Positions 29,774-38,838 of a DNA stretch of 64,000 bases are shown one piece after another; position 1 is the first letter of the stretch, and each line of letters starts with the position of its first letter. The stretch comes from a virus, in the IMG/VR virus record IMGVR_UViG_3300042375_000763, positions 1 to 64,000 of that record; one strand, given 5' to 3'. A program made the translations under genes and the position numbers. The notes below the pieces were generated by a model. That model was not told the DNA's origin and made no database searches. It was given only the letters and a program-made list of their open reading frames with translations.

Positions 29774-29875
29774 TGTATAGCCTTTATTTCACCTATATGT
29801 ACTATATATTACATTTTTAGAAAAAGTAAATAGTACATTTTAAATATAGAAGTAAGTGTTACAATAAAGCAACAC

Positions 29876-30067
29876 TTACTTGTGTTGAAGATAGAACTGA
29901 ACCACCTTCATGTCGATTTCATCAAGTTCAGGTGCGAACTTTGTGGTTCCGATAGACTCAATTTTACGAGATACCCGAGCAAGGGCATTCGAGATCTTGT
30001 CATTCGAGTGGGTGGCAGCCATATTGGACATGCCGTCGCAGAGAGACAGGAGCTTCATAGTTGTCAT
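29876..30067 (-). CDS. Hypothetical early protein
   Basis: Directly downstream of an early promoter; has an SD. Confidence 0.6.
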   Translation of the reverse strand: MTTMKLLSLCDGMSNMAATHSNDKISNALARVSRKIESIGTTKFAPELDEIDMKVVQFYLQHK

Positions 30068-30085
30068 TTTCGGTTCCTTTATTCA

Positions 30086-30127
30086 CCTTATAGAATCAGT
30101 ATATACTATCCATCCGAATATGTCAAC
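30086..30127 (-). promoter_or_regulatory. Early sigma70-type promoter (representative of about 20 copies)
   Basis: GTTGACA-N17-TATACT-GATTCTATAAGG. Further -35 boxes at about 31725, 33403, 35465, 37550, 39567, 39876, 40615, 40971, 44366, 44573, 46726, 46908, 47379, 49012, 49883, 51124, 56068, 57472, 58027, 62597. Confidence 0.85.
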
Positions 30128-30129
30128 CA

Positions 30130-30606
30130 TTAATTTACATTAAAATTGTTAACATAGTGATCTGCACCAAAACTTGCGCACCAAGCGTCAGGTTTCATCT
30201 TTGCTTCCACACCAGTCACTCCAAGAACATATCCTGCTGCCTGTGTAGCAACACAATTTGAACCATGCTTGGGATCAGTATTTACGTCGACGTGAATTTC
30301 GACATCAAATTCATCAATAAAAGGTGCGAGTTGATTGTAAAGTTCACAAGATTTGTAGACTTCATTCATCAGTCGTAATGAAGGACGATTCTTCTTTAAG
30401 TCATAGTCTGGTTCAATCGAACGGTATGTAAAGACTCTACAGCCCTTATTACCGTTCTTGTGGACGACACAAACACTTGCAAACTTTGCATACCAACGAC
30501 CTTCTTTTCTAAAACGAACAGAGTCAGTACCAATGTAAATTTTTGTATCGGCAGTAAGACCATATAAAAGATTAACTAATTCTTCGATTTGTTTTTGTTT
30601 AAACAT
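30130..30606 (-). CDS. RNase H-like YkuK family protein
   Basis: IYIGTDS, RLMNEV, EIHVDVN, KPDAWCASFGAD. Confidence 0.85.
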   Translation of the reverse strand: MFKQKQIEELVNLLYGLTADTKIYIGTDSVRFRKEGRWYAKFASVCVVHKNGNKGCRVFTYRSIEPDYDLKKNRPSLRLMNEVYKSCELYNQLAPFIDEFDVEIHVDVNTDPKHGSNCVATQAAGYVLGVTGVEAKMKPDAWCASFGADHYVNNFNVN

Positions 30607-30721
30607 TGCGTCACCTCATTATCTCCCTTCAGTTATAATAGTGATTGATTTGCTACGCTGGCTCAATCACCAAAACCTCGATTGAGTCTCTACCGATAGG
30701 TGGAAACTTCGAATTTATTTA

Positions 30722-31018
30722 TTACATAAAGCCGAATAGATCACTTTGATTTGCTACTTCCAAAATTATATCACAGTGACATGACTTTGGCGCACACCAG
30801 CAGATTAAATTTGTTCCTCGCAATTCATTCTTTGCTTGGTCTATTAACGGTTGGTTTGATAAAAACCATATTCGGTGCTTTTCTATAACTTCAGTTCTAT
30901 TACCGTCTATTCCTGTCTTAAATGGATTTCCATACTTAGATGGTCTTCCACAATATACAGAACCTTCTAGTTTTGTACCAACTTCTCTTGCATTCAAAAT
31001 TTTAGGTTGTAAATTCAT
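30722..31018 (-). CDS. DUF4326 protein
   Basis: YCGRPSKYGNPF, L.CWCAPK.CH.D. Confidence 0.85.
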   Translation of the reverse strand: MNLQPKILNAREVGTKLEGSVYCGRPSKYGNPFKTGIDGNRTEVIEKHRIWFLSNQPLIDQAKNELRGTNLICWCAPKSCHCDIILEVANQSDLFGFM

Positions 31019-31676
31019 GGAATGCTACAGGTCCTTGAACATCTTTGTAATATTCAGCTATCACCAACCGTCCATAGAAAACAACACCACAGTCAAGGTT
31101 GGTTCTATTTGGAGACTTCACAGGACCATGCTTACGTGGAGTGTGCCCGTGAGTCAAATAGAGTCCTTGTTTATTGTTAGGGAACTTCATCCAATCATCC
31201 ATACGGGTCCAAACACATTTGCTAGAGACTTGATCTTCTGGGCTAATAGTATCATCATAGAATGCATGTGCAAAGACATTTTTATCTTCGATGTGACATA
31301 TCTTTAAATTATACATCCACTCCATAATAGCCCGATCAATACCTTGACGGACGTGTTCATAAATCACAAATTCATCTTGTTTAAAGCCTGCAATATCTTT
31401 AGCAGCTCTAGGATCATAGAATGGTGTGCCATGAAAATAAGAATCAATGAACATTTCCTCGTGGTTTCCGAGTAATGTTACAAATTCCCAGCCTTCTGGT
31501 GGATTCATAATAGTTGTAATAACACCAAGATTATCTGGTCCACGGTCAATATAGTCACCGAGAAAGATAATCTTACCACCATTTGGATTTTGCTTGTAAA
31601 CAAATGAAAGCGCATCTCTCAGAAGATCACTACAACCGTGAATATCTGGAAAGCAATAATAGCGCTGTTCATTCAT
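31002..31676 (-). CDS. Metallophosphoesterase (Ser/Thr phosphatase-like)
   Basis: DIHG, GDYIDRG, GNHE, HGHTP. Confidence 0.9.
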   Translation of the reverse strand: MNEQRYYCFPDIHGCSDLLRDALSFVYKQNPNGGKIIFLGDYIDRGPDNLGVITTIMNPPEGWEFVTLLGNHEEMFIDSYFHGTPFYDPRAAKDIAGFKQDEFVIYEHVRQGIDRAIMEWMYNLKICHIEDKNVFAHAFYDDTISPEDQVSSKCVWTRMDDWMKFPNNKQGLYLTHGHTPRKHGPVKSPNRTNLDCGVVFYGRLVIAEYYKDVQGPVAFHEFTT

Positions 31677-31738
31677 AATTTACTCCTTGTTTGTTAGAAT
31701 CAGTATATATTAACTATACTGAATTGTCAACTAGAAAA

Positions 31739-31815
31739 TGGTGCCCCTGGCAGGATTCGAACCCACAACCTGCCGCTTCGAAGGCGGAAGCTCTATCCAG
31801 TTGAGCTACAGAGGC
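31739..31815 (-). tRNA. tRNA-Arg(UCG)
   Basis: Cloverleaf, loop CU-UCG-AA, encoded CCA. Confidence 0.85.
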
Positions 31816-31822
31816 ACTATTC

Positions 31823-32953
31823 TTAAATTACAATTACTTCAAGCGGTGGAAACCCATTAAATGCTACAGTGCTGTATGTAGTAGTATAAGCACCTGTATT
31901 ATCAATGATGATTTTATCACCACATTTTAAGTTTTCTGATAATAGAACTTTATGTTCTTCATAAAGCACATCAGCACTATCACAGGTAGGTCCTGCAATA
32001 ATGTATTCAATTTTCTCATCCGCATCTTTACCAGGAATAAAGAACCTATACTTGATAGCTTCCTTTTCTGTTTCTGCAAGACCAGAAAATCTTCCGATAT
32101 TTAGATACAACCATCTTACTGGATCACCAGGTGTCTTTGTAGAGACTAGAAGTACTTCAGATGCAATAGATCCTAGATTTGCAACCATTCCACGACCTGG
32201 TTCGATCATCAGATATTTCAGTCCAGCAAACCGATCATAGATTTCTTTGTTTAGTGTTTCACAATATTCTACCGAATCTGTTATGTCAACCCCATAATAA
32301 CTAGGGAAACCACCACCTGCATTTAATAGCCAAAGATCAAAGCCTTGTTCCTTGCTGTAATTCCAGATACTTTCAACAAAATCCAAAGTATCAAGCCACA
32401 TATGAGGATGTCTAGTTTGACTTCCAACATGAAAACTTAAACCAGCAACTTCTAGACCAGCATCTCTTGCAGCTTCCATAACTTGAGGAACCATACTTGA
32501 ACTGCAACCAAACTTGCGACTTAGAGGCCATTCTGCTTCAGTACTTCTGACAAGAACTCTGACAAAGACTTGAGAACCAGGTGCGTGTTCAGCAACCTTT
32601 TCTACTTCTTCTATAGAATCAACTGCGAATAGTTTGATACCTTTTGAATATGCATATTTAATGTCTTGAGGTCTTTTAACTGTATTACCGAAACTGATAT
32701 TGGATGGAGATGCACCTGCTGTTAGGCACATGTCTATTTCACCTGCAGATGCTGCATCAAATTTTGAACCAAGACTATGCAATTTAGAAAGGATTTCTGG
32801 ATGAGGATTTGCTTTCACTGCATAATGTACATGACACGAAGGCATTCCAGCTTTAAAACCGTTGTAATTAGTTTCTAAATTTTCAAGTGACATAATTAAA
32901 GTAGGACGATCAAAGTTATTATTTTTTATATAATCGTGTACTAAATTTTCCAT
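31823..32953 (-). CDS. Ornithine/lysine decarboxylase (fold-type III PLP)
   Basis: YAVKANP, SFHVGSQ, GGGFP, EPGR, GPTCDSAD, GAYT. Confidence 0.92.
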   Translation of the reverse strand: MENLVHDYIKNNNFDRPTLIMSLENLETNYNGFKAGMPSCHVHYAVKANPHPEILSKLHSLGSKFDAASAGEIDMCLTAGASPSNISFGNTVKRPQDIKYAYSKGIKLFAVDSIEEVEKVAEHAPGSQVFVRVLVRSTEAEWPLSRKFGCSSSMVPQVMEAARDAGLEVAGLSFHVGSQTRHPHMWLDTLDFVESIWNYSKEQGFDLWLLNAGGGFPSYYGVDITDSVEYCETLNKEIYDRFAGLKYLMIEPGRGMVANLGSIASEVLLVSTKTPGDPVRWLYLNIGRFSGLAETEKEAIKYRFFIPGKDADEKIEYIIAGPTCDSADVLYEEHKVLLSENLKCGDKIIIDNTGAYTTTYSTVAFNGFPPLEVIVI

Positions 32954-32998
32954 CCAGTATTGGATTCCTTTCTTGATTAAATTAATGTGATAAATTTT

Positions 32999-33352
32999 TT
33001 AGCAGAGAGTTGACACATTGAAAAGACCTTTGATGAACTTACCAGTAGCTTTGGCCTCTTTGTAGAGAGCAGCTTTGGCGCCGCCTTTGCCATATTTTGG
33101 AAGTTGCGAGAATGGAAGTTGAACATCGACATGTCGCCCATTCAGGAGACCATGACAATAGGAAACATCCCATGCAGGAAACCCAGGATCTGAAAGAAGG
33201 CGGAGACGAGTGATTTCAAGACCAGGTTCGGTCCAATCAACTGTATCAACTCCGCCTTTTTGTTCATGTCGAGTATTATGATATGCAATACCGTTTACAA
33301 GTCCATTGACTTCGCCGACGGCAGGGCGTTCAGTAGTAGCAAAAGCAGTCAT
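32999..33352 (-). CDS. Hypothetical early protein
   Basis: Early promoter upstream; RLRLLSDPGFP.WDVSYCHG. Confidence 0.65.
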   Translation of the reverse strand: MTAFATTERPAVGEVNGLVNGIAYHNTRHEQKGGVDTVDWTEPGLEITRLRLLSDPGFPAWDVSYCHGLLNGRHVDVQLPFSQLPKYGKGGAKAALYKEAKATGKFIKGLFNVSTLC

Positions 33353-33444
33353 TTCAGTTCCTCATTCGGTTATAGTATTAATATAAACTGATTCGGGGTA
33401 TTTGTCAACTGAAAGTTTAACGGGCGCTCTTGGCGCCCGTGTTA

Positions 33445-33897
33445 TTATTCTGCAAATGCGGTTAGTTGCCACTGCATTTTTTCATGGAATTGGATTTGTG
33501 TCTCTAGTGTAGCAGAGATACCAATTTCATTCATAGAATCTGCCATGGCATGTGCTGATCTTAATTCATCCAATACAAGGCCATTATCAGATGCAAGTCT
33601 TACAAACATAAATCTTGGACTTGGGATTGCAATTTCATCTGAAATTATTGTAAGTTCAGAAAATCTTTTCAAAGAACCTGGTGCAAATGAACTCATTGTA
33701 CGGATCAATTCTGCATAAACATCAACTGAATCGTGAACTGATTCATAATAACCAGCAAAGAAAGCATGATATTCACTAAAATTTGGTCCAGTGACATTCC
33801 AGTGATAATTATGTGCTTTAAGATAGAGTGAAAATGATGATGCAAGTATCATTTTTAGCTTTTCAACTAATTCAGTTTTATCCATTGTAGTCTCCAT
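33445..33897 (-). CDS. dps: Dps / ferritin-like DNA protection protein
   Basis: LKAHNYHWNVTG..F...H, DVYAE, HEKMQWQL; late promoter at 33920-33927. Confidence 0.9.
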   Translation of the reverse strand: METTMDKTELVEKLKMILASSFSLYLKAHNYHWNVTGPNFSEYHAFFAGYYESVHDSVDVYAELIRTMSSFAPGSLKRFSELTIISDEIAIPSPRFMFVRLASDNGLVLDELRSAHAMADSMNEIGISATLETQIQFHEKMQWQLTAFAE

Positions 33898-33933
33898 TAT
33901 GAGGGTGATTGTTATGGGCTATTTATAATTAGA

Positions 33934-34007
33934 TGGTTTCCCTGGAAGGAATCGAGCCTTCTCCTCCGTCGAGTCAGGACGGTGCACTGCCATTATACTA
34001 CAGGGAA
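33934..34007 (-). tRNA. tRNA-Val(GAC), atypical (U37, C54)
   Basis: Full cloverleaf, loop CU-GAC-UC, T-loop CUCGAUU, CCA. Confidence 0.7.
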
Positions 34008-34195
34008 AAATAGACTAGTTTTGTTGTGTGTCTTGACGGGCCGCTTACTGGCGATCCACAATGAATGTGTTTTGGGTATTCCAGGGTTTCAGAATTTCGG
34101 CCTATAGTACAAACCCTTTTTATATAAATATAATTGTAGCTCGCGGATTTCTTGGCGGTCATCCCAACTACACTAGAAACATAAGGAGTTCCAGC

Positions 34196-34831
34196 ATGAT
34201 ATATTTATACGTCAAAACACACAACAAAACTGGTCTAAAATATTTAGGCAAAACAATCAATGAAGATCCATACAAATATACGGGATCAGGTAAATATTGG
34301 TTGAGACATCTTAAAAAGTATGGTACTGATTACACTACGCAAATACTTCTAGTAACTGAAGATAAAGATGAGCTAAAACAAACTGGATTATTTTTTAGTA
34401 AAATTTGGAATATTGTTAAATCTAAAGAGTGGGCAAATTTAATGCCAGAATCTGGCAATGGCGGAAAACAAGAAAAACTTTTAAACGAAGGTAAACATAA
34501 TTTTCAAAATTCTGAAGTTCAAAGAAAAATTCAATTAAATAGAGTTAAAAAAGGAACTCATAATTTACAATCTAAAAATAGAAATTCTACTAGAATAAGT
34601 AGAAAGGGTATTCCCCATCCTGTTACACTTCAGAGAAACCTTACCGATGATAATCCGTTTCGAGGTAACATTCCATGTATTGATAAAAATGGTAATTCAA
34701 TAATGATTGAAAAAAGCTTTTATTATGCACAAAATGGAAATAAAGAAGATTGGAATTATGTTCATACAAAATCTAAAGAAGCAAAGAAAAGAAAATTATT
34801 AACTGCTACTACAAACCTTTTTTCGCTTTAA
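34196..34831 (+). CDS. Seg-like (GIY-YIG-related) homing endonuclease, opposite strand
   Basis: YLYVKTHNKTGLKYLGKT..DPYKYTGSG..W..H, WANL..E, G(K/T)HN repeats; late promoter at 34123-34130. Confidence 0.8.
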   Translation: MIYLYVKTHNKTGLKYLGKTINEDPYKYTGSGKYWLRHLKKYGTDYTTQILLVTEDKDELKQTGLFFSKIWNIVKSKEWANLMPESGNGGKQEKLLNEGKHNFQNSEVQRKIQLNRVKKGTHNLQSKNRNSTRISRKGIPHPVTLQRNLTDDNPFRGNIPCIDKNGNSIMIEKSFYYAQNGNKEDWNYVHTKSKEAKKRKLLTATTNLFSL

Positions 34832-35063
34832 TCTTTTGTGATAGTTCAACAATAAATAAACCCACGGGGTGCTTCATTGCTTCCTGCAGTTCAAAATACA
34901 TCTTTGGACTCATACAGATAATTTCATATTTTTCTCTATCATCATCCCATTGTCTAATAAAAACTTGGTCGTCTGTTATCATAACCTGGACATCTTCATA
35001 ATCGGCACCTTCGTCCATTATGGTTGTCACAGTTTCATCAAAGTCAAATTCGTTTGTAAACAT
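34809..35063 (-). CDS. Hypothetical protein
   Basis: Start MFTNEF; the upstream part of the tracked ORF overlaps tRNA-Ser. Confidence 0.65.
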   Translation of the reverse strand: MFTNEFDFDETVTTIMDEGADYEDVQVMITDDQVFIRQWDDDREKYEIICMSPKMYFELQEAMKHPVGLFIVELSQKIKAKKGL

Positions 35064-35080
35064 CGAATATCTCCAAAGTT

Positions 35081-35172
35081 TGGCGGGGGCGGGGGAGTAC
35101 GATTCCCATACCAGTATTAGTGGCACGATCCGCTTAGCAGGCGGTCCTAGAGCCCCTCTAGTTCTCACCCCC
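35081..35172 (-). tRNA. tRNA-Ser(GCU), non-canonical D-arm and T-loop
   Basis: Loop CU-GCU-AA, long variable arm, G73, CCA. Confidence 0.8.
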
Positions 35173-35201
35173 CAAATTAACCTTCAGATATATTTATCCT
35201 T

Positions 35202-35405
35202 TTACCAGGCAGCTCGATCTTTTCTTGTATATCCGCGGTCAAAAAACCACGCATCTTTTACTAAACTTTTAACCGCTGAAGCTGCTTCATCATATGTCTT
35301 ATATGTGCCATATGGTTTACCAGCATAGATAATTTGAAACTTTTCAACAGTTGGTGCAAGAGTGCTGTAATACGACGTAATTTTGTAGTCGGATGCTTTA
35401 CCCAA
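35202..35405 (-). CDS. Hypothetical early protein
   Basis: TTG start with SD; early promoter upstream. Confidence 0.5.
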   Translation of the reverse strand: MGKASDYKITSYYSTLAPTVEKFQIIYAGKPYGTYKTYDEAASAVKSLVKDAWFFDRGYTRKDRAAW

Positions 35406-35478
35406 TGTATTTCCTTTAGGTTATATTGTTTATCACTTATTTAGTATATACTACCACGTGGATATGTCAACATAAAAG

Positions 35479-35603
35479 TTTGAGGCAGGTGCGGTATCTC
35501 CACAAAGTGTGGTGCCCATGCTCCTTTTGCAGATTGGCCGATCTGCTCTGAACCTATGCCTACGGGTACCAATCCGGCGTATTCAGACTTTACTTACCTC
35601 AAA
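35479..35603 (-). ncRNA. Unassigned structured RNA
   Basis: Closing stem TTTGAGGTAAGT/ACCTGCCTCAAA with internal hairpins. Confidence 0.45.
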
Positions 35604-35605
35604 TT

Positions 35606-35680
35606 TGGTGCTAGTGGTGAGAATTGAACTCACGACCTACTGTTTACGAGACAGTTGCACTACCTCTATGCTACACTAGC
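35606..35680 (-). tRNA. tRNA-Thr(CGU)
   Basis: Cloverleaf, loop CU-CGU-AA. Confidence 0.9.
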
Positions 35681-35761
35681 AAAAACTATAAATGGGCAGT
35701 TTTACTTCATGCCCAGGAATCTCGCTCCGACCACTTACTGATTTAAGAGCAGTAAGACTCT

Positions 35762-36136
35762 TTAGTCTACATCAACCCAAGCAGTGATATGCTTTAGATC
35801 GAGATTAGGGTTAGAGTATTTCTTTACAAGTGTGAGAACTCGAGGAAGTATGTTTTGGTAAAACAAATTTTCACGATCATATTTTCTCTTCTGTTCTACA
35901 TTCTTGTATGCTTTACCAGCGATGTAAGCTCGGGCAAGAAATGTTGCTCTATTCTCATTACGTACGTTCCATCGACGGTGTTCGTTTAGAGAGAACCATT
36001 GGCTTCGTTCAGCTTCTTGGTCTTGCTCATTCTGCTTTTTCCATTCAATTTGTCGCTTGAGTTTGTTCTCTTCGTGACGAATGATACGTGCTTCAACACT
36101 GAGGTGCTTTGATTTTACTTTTAGTTCAATAGACAT
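35762..36136 (-). CDS. Conserved hypothetical phage protein
   Basis: LKVKSKHL..EA.IIR.EE; HR...VR.E.RAT.LA. Confidence 0.7.
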   Translation of the reverse strand: MSIELKVKSKHLSVEARIIRHEENKLKRQIEWKKQNEQDQEAERSQWFSLNEHRRWNVRNENRATFLARAYIAGKAYKNVEQKRKYDRENLFYQNILPRVLTLVKKYSNPNLDLKHITAWVDVD

Positions 36137-36196
36137 TATGTTCTCCTAACATTGATTTGATTTGTAACATTGGTAGTGTTAATATTCAAACTACTG

Positions 36197-36427
36197 TTAG
36201 GGAGGTGCCCAATCTTCAATGATCGCATTATGATCACCGTCAATTTTCAGAATACACTTTTTAACCTTGATAGCACCTTTGGTACTTGGGTTATCAGGTG
36301 ATTCCTTTGTGCTCCAGGACTTGTTACAGTCAACATGATTGACATAGTAGGTTTGTCCTTTTGCTTTTAGCACCCACATCGGTATGCTAGAATCTTCGAG
36401 GTGTTTCTTGTTGAAGTGGAAAACCAC
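36197..36427 (-). CDS. Hypothetical protein (start uncertain)
   Basis: FHFNK.HL.D..IPMW..K.KG.TYYVNHV. Confidence 0.6.
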   Translation of the reverse strand: MVFHFNKKHLEDSSIPMWVLKAKGQTYYVNHVDCNKSWSTKESPDNPSTKGAIKVKKCILKIDGDHNAIIEDWAPP

Positions 36428-36590
36428 ATCATCACACCTCAGTTCAACCTATAAAGACATTGTATTACCCTTTCGTTTAGTGTTAAGTTTCGGGTATGTG
36501 AACACTCCCCGCTCGCGTTTCAGCACTTAATATCAGAGACTCTCTGAGAGCTAATATTAAGTTGGCCGTCACATTCAGCACTGAAATTTA

Positions 36591-36666
36591 TGGTGACCCC
36601 AGTGGGACTCGAACCCACGACATTTGCTTTTAGAGAGCATGCTCTAACCATCTGAGCTACGGGATC
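36591..36666 (-). tRNA. Amber suppressor-type tRNA (anticodon CUA)
   Basis: UGCU-CUCUAAA-AGCA anticodon arm, canonical D and T arms, CCA. Confidence 0.75.
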
Positions 36667-36671
36667 ATTAA

Positions 36672-36778
36672 CAGTTTGTGTGTCTACTTTTTTGGACAGA
36701 AAATCGAAAACTGTTGTGATCTTGTTGCCGAAGCTTACGACCTATGCTATGATTTTAATTGATTGCTGTACACAAACT
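36672..36778 (-). ncRNA. Clamp-motif RNA copy 1
   Basis: AGTTTGTG-TACAGCAA...CACAAACTG. Confidence 0.55.
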
Positions 36779-36791
36779 TGAAATTTTGTTT

Positions 36792-36866
36792 TGGTGCTGA
36801 TGATGAGGATCGAACTCATGACCTCTTCATTACCAATGAAGTGCACTACCGCTGTGCTACATCAGC
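36792..36866 (-). tRNA. tRNA-Thr(GGU)
   Basis: Cloverleaf, loop UU-GGU-AA. Confidence 0.92.
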
Positions 36867-37013
36867 ATTATTGTTTACTTCAAACGAAGCAACCATTTAA
36901 CAATATGTGTTACACCAAGATCCATATTAGGTTGAGGTGCAAGACGACCCGCCTTTGGAGTATCAATGTAACGCTGAATTGGATTAGTCATGATTATGTC
37001 TTTCAATTATTTA

Positions 37014-37322
37014 TTACCACTTGAACTTCGGGTTGTTTGTGAATGTAGTTGTAGTACTATTGATTTGTGAATCAATCTTGAAGTTTGTACTACCAGTAAT
37101 ATTAAAACTTCGGTTGAAATTGGTCACACCGTTGTTATATGAAAATGTTTGTAAAAAATTTCCACGACTTGAAGAAGGAGTATCAGACCTAAGTTGAATT
37201 GTAACCTTTGATCCAATGTTTGATGCAAATTGTGAAACACTATTTGAAGTGCTAAATGATGTCTGTGCAGGTGCTTGCATTGGAAATAGTGTGACTGCAA
37301 GCACCAAAAATACTTTTTTCAT
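37014..37322 (-). CDS. Secreted hypothetical protein
   Basis: Signal peptide MKKVFLVLAVTLFPMQAPA. Confidence 0.55.
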   Translation of the reverse strand: MKKVFLVLAVTLFPMQAPAQTSFSTSNSVSQFASNIGSKVTIQLRSDTPSSSRGNFLQTFSYNNGVTNFNRSFNITGSTNFKIDSQINSTTTTFTNNPKFKW

Positions 37323-37323
37323 T

Positions 37324-37497
37324 TCATTTACTCGGCACTGTCGCAAGTTGCATCCAGAGAGGCATCAACTGCGGAAGGAACGTGGTCAAAATACAGATAG
37401 AAAGAGTCGATAGAACCATTGAAGGGACTAGAAGAGTTTTCTCGTGCATGGAGACAAAAACTGCTGGAACTTTAAAAGCAACTGCGAGATTTTTCAT
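37324..37497 (-). CDS. Small membrane protein
   Basis: One hydrophobic segment; early promoter upstream. Confidence 0.5.
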   Translation of the reverse strand: MKNLAVAFKVPAVFVSMHEKTLLVPSMVLSTLSICILTTFLPQLMPLWMQLATVPSK

Positions 37498-37551
37498 TTG
37501 GTTTCCTTTGTTTGTGTTTATATTATTAATATATACCAAAATTGTGAAATG

Positions 37552-37800
37552 TCAACCGATTCTTTTCAGATATTCGTATGTTTCTTCGTATGTTTTAAAC
37601 AATTTAGTTCCATGTTTACTTACCACTCTCACAGAAGAACCGAAACATTGGACTAGACCGAAACCTGGGTAACGGCCATTACCAAGAAACCTCGTGTTCC
37701 ATCTTGTTCTTCTAGGAACAGGATCATGGTAATTATGATCTATTTTTAGTATTTCAGCACAGTTCTCGTAGAACTCACGCTTTTCATCTAGTGTTTTCAC
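37552..37800 (-). CDS. Hypothetical protein
   Basis: RTRWNTR..GNGRYPGFG. Confidence 0.6.
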   Translation of the reverse strand: MKTLDEKREFYENCAEILKIDHNYHDPVPRRTRWNTRFLGNGRYPGFGLVQCFGSSVRVVSKHGTKLFKTYEETYEYLKRIG

Positions 37801-37990
37801 TTTTTACTTTCAATTTATTTTGCTTGATGAAGGTTGCAATGTCACTCGGGCGGACGCGAACTTCGCGGTCCGATATTACGTATCCAACCTCGTTGTTTTG
37901 ATATGCACCAACACCTCTGATCTTCGTGTGAGTTTTTCCAATGGAATACTCGAACACATTGCCGTCTACTTCAAGTTTACGGTAACTCAT
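37784..37990 (-). CDS. Hypothetical protein
   Basis: Start MSYRK with SD AGGAG; the upstream tracked part overlaps RNA genes. Confidence 0.6.
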   Translation of the reverse strand: MSYRKLEVDGNVFEYSIGKTHTKIRGVGAYQNNEVGYVISDREVRVRPSDIATFIKQNKLKVKSENTR

Positions 37991-38027
37991 TTTTAATTCT
38001 CCTTGCGGGTTGCTAGCATTATTGCTA

Positions 38028-38133
38028 TGGGGTTTCTGGTGGGATTCGAACCCACGTCCCGCAGAGCCAGTTCTTTTTCGGTGTATCTTACCATCATAGC
38101 TGGGGTGCCCTTCTACCGCTGAATTACAGAAAC
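38028..38133 (-). ncRNA. tRNA-like RNA with an expanded (~48 nt) anticodon arm
   Basis: Perfect acceptor GTTTCTG/CAGAAAC, D and T arms and CCA; no 7-nt anticodon loop. Confidence 0.7.
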
Positions 38134-38143
38134 ATGTATTTGG

Positions 38144-38228
38144 TGGTGCCCCTACCCGGACTCGAACCGGGACTCCTTTCGGAAACAAATTTTGAGTCTG
38201 CCGCGACTGCCAATTTCACCATAGGGGC
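38144..38228 (-). tRNA. tRNA-Leu(CAA)
   Basis: Cloverleaf with variable arm. Confidence 0.9.
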
Positions 38229-38234
38229 ATTAGT

Positions 38235-38299
38235 CAGGATGGTTTTTGAGCGTTTACAAATTAAATGTTTGTTGCTTTCTTTTTTGCTGAACCCATCCT
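38235..38299 (-). ncRNA. Clamp-motif RNA copy 2
   Basis: AGGATGG-GTTCAGCAA...CCATCCTG. Confidence 0.6.
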
Positions 38300-38309
38300 T
38301 GGGTCTTTA

Positions 38310-38389
38310 CAGGATCAATTGTGGAATTGAACCACTTATTCAAATTTTGAAGATTTGTTTTTATCCAGATTGTTTACTGAACTGATCCT
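38310..38389 (-). ncRNA. Clamp-motif RNA copy 3 (anticodon-arm plus T-arm mimic)
   Basis: AGGATCAG-TTCAGTAA...CAAAT-CTTCAAA-ATTTG...GTGG-TTCAATT-CCAC..TTGATCCTG. Confidence 0.6.
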
Positions 38390-38461
38390 TTTATTTAATA
38401 TGAACCAATACCTCTTTTGACTTTGCCCACAATATTTTCAAAATGTCAACAATTCTTTTAC

Positions 38462-38728
38462 TTATGCTTCTGGATCTTCATCAAGTTTTTTACAAAACCC
38501 TTCAGCATAAATTTGTTCAGGGAAACCAAGCACGAAGAATGTTGTCTCATTTAATGAACCTTCTGTCACTTCCAAAACCATCTGTCTAGCTCGAATACCA
38601 CAATTTTCTTCTGTTTTATATGGACCCCATGTATCATTTGAAAAAAAACACATGTCTTCGTATATTTGAAATGTAGTACTTGCAGCACAGATAATCACAA
38701 AAGCTTGAAACATTAAACTATCTTTCAT
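38462..38728 (-). CDS. Hypothetical protein
   Basis: Cys motifs, WGPYKTEENC. Confidence 0.6.
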   Translation of the reverse strand: MKDSLMFQAFVIICAASTTFQIYEDMCFFSNDTWGPYKTEENCGIRARQMVLEVTEGSLNETTFFVLGFPEQIYAEGFCKKLDEDPEA

Positions 38729-38838
38729 GTTGGATAGAATTATTTATATTTGGTCGGTCTCTCCCTGGTGTCACACCTTTGCAGAGCGGTCTCTACAACC
38801 GTAAAGGATGCTTCGATGTTTGCAGAGCCTTTGGATTT

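Noticed and set aside
30625-30675. SAM-II riboswitch
   Set aside because: The resemblance (GGTGATT...GCA) is superficial, and I could not build the required pseudoknot.
36591-36666. Genome-wide TAG recoding suggested by the CUA tRNA
   Set aside because: Conserved genes are full length in code 11, and TAG is used as a real stop (e.g. pth2 at 58129).
38310-38389. tRNA-Sec or opal suppressor (UCA loop)
   Set aside because: There is no acceptor stem with CCA and no D-arm. It is cargo inside a clamp-motif RNA.
38750-38830. Additional tRNA ending in ACCA
   Set aside because: No convincing cloverleaf; at most a degenerate tRNA-like remnant.
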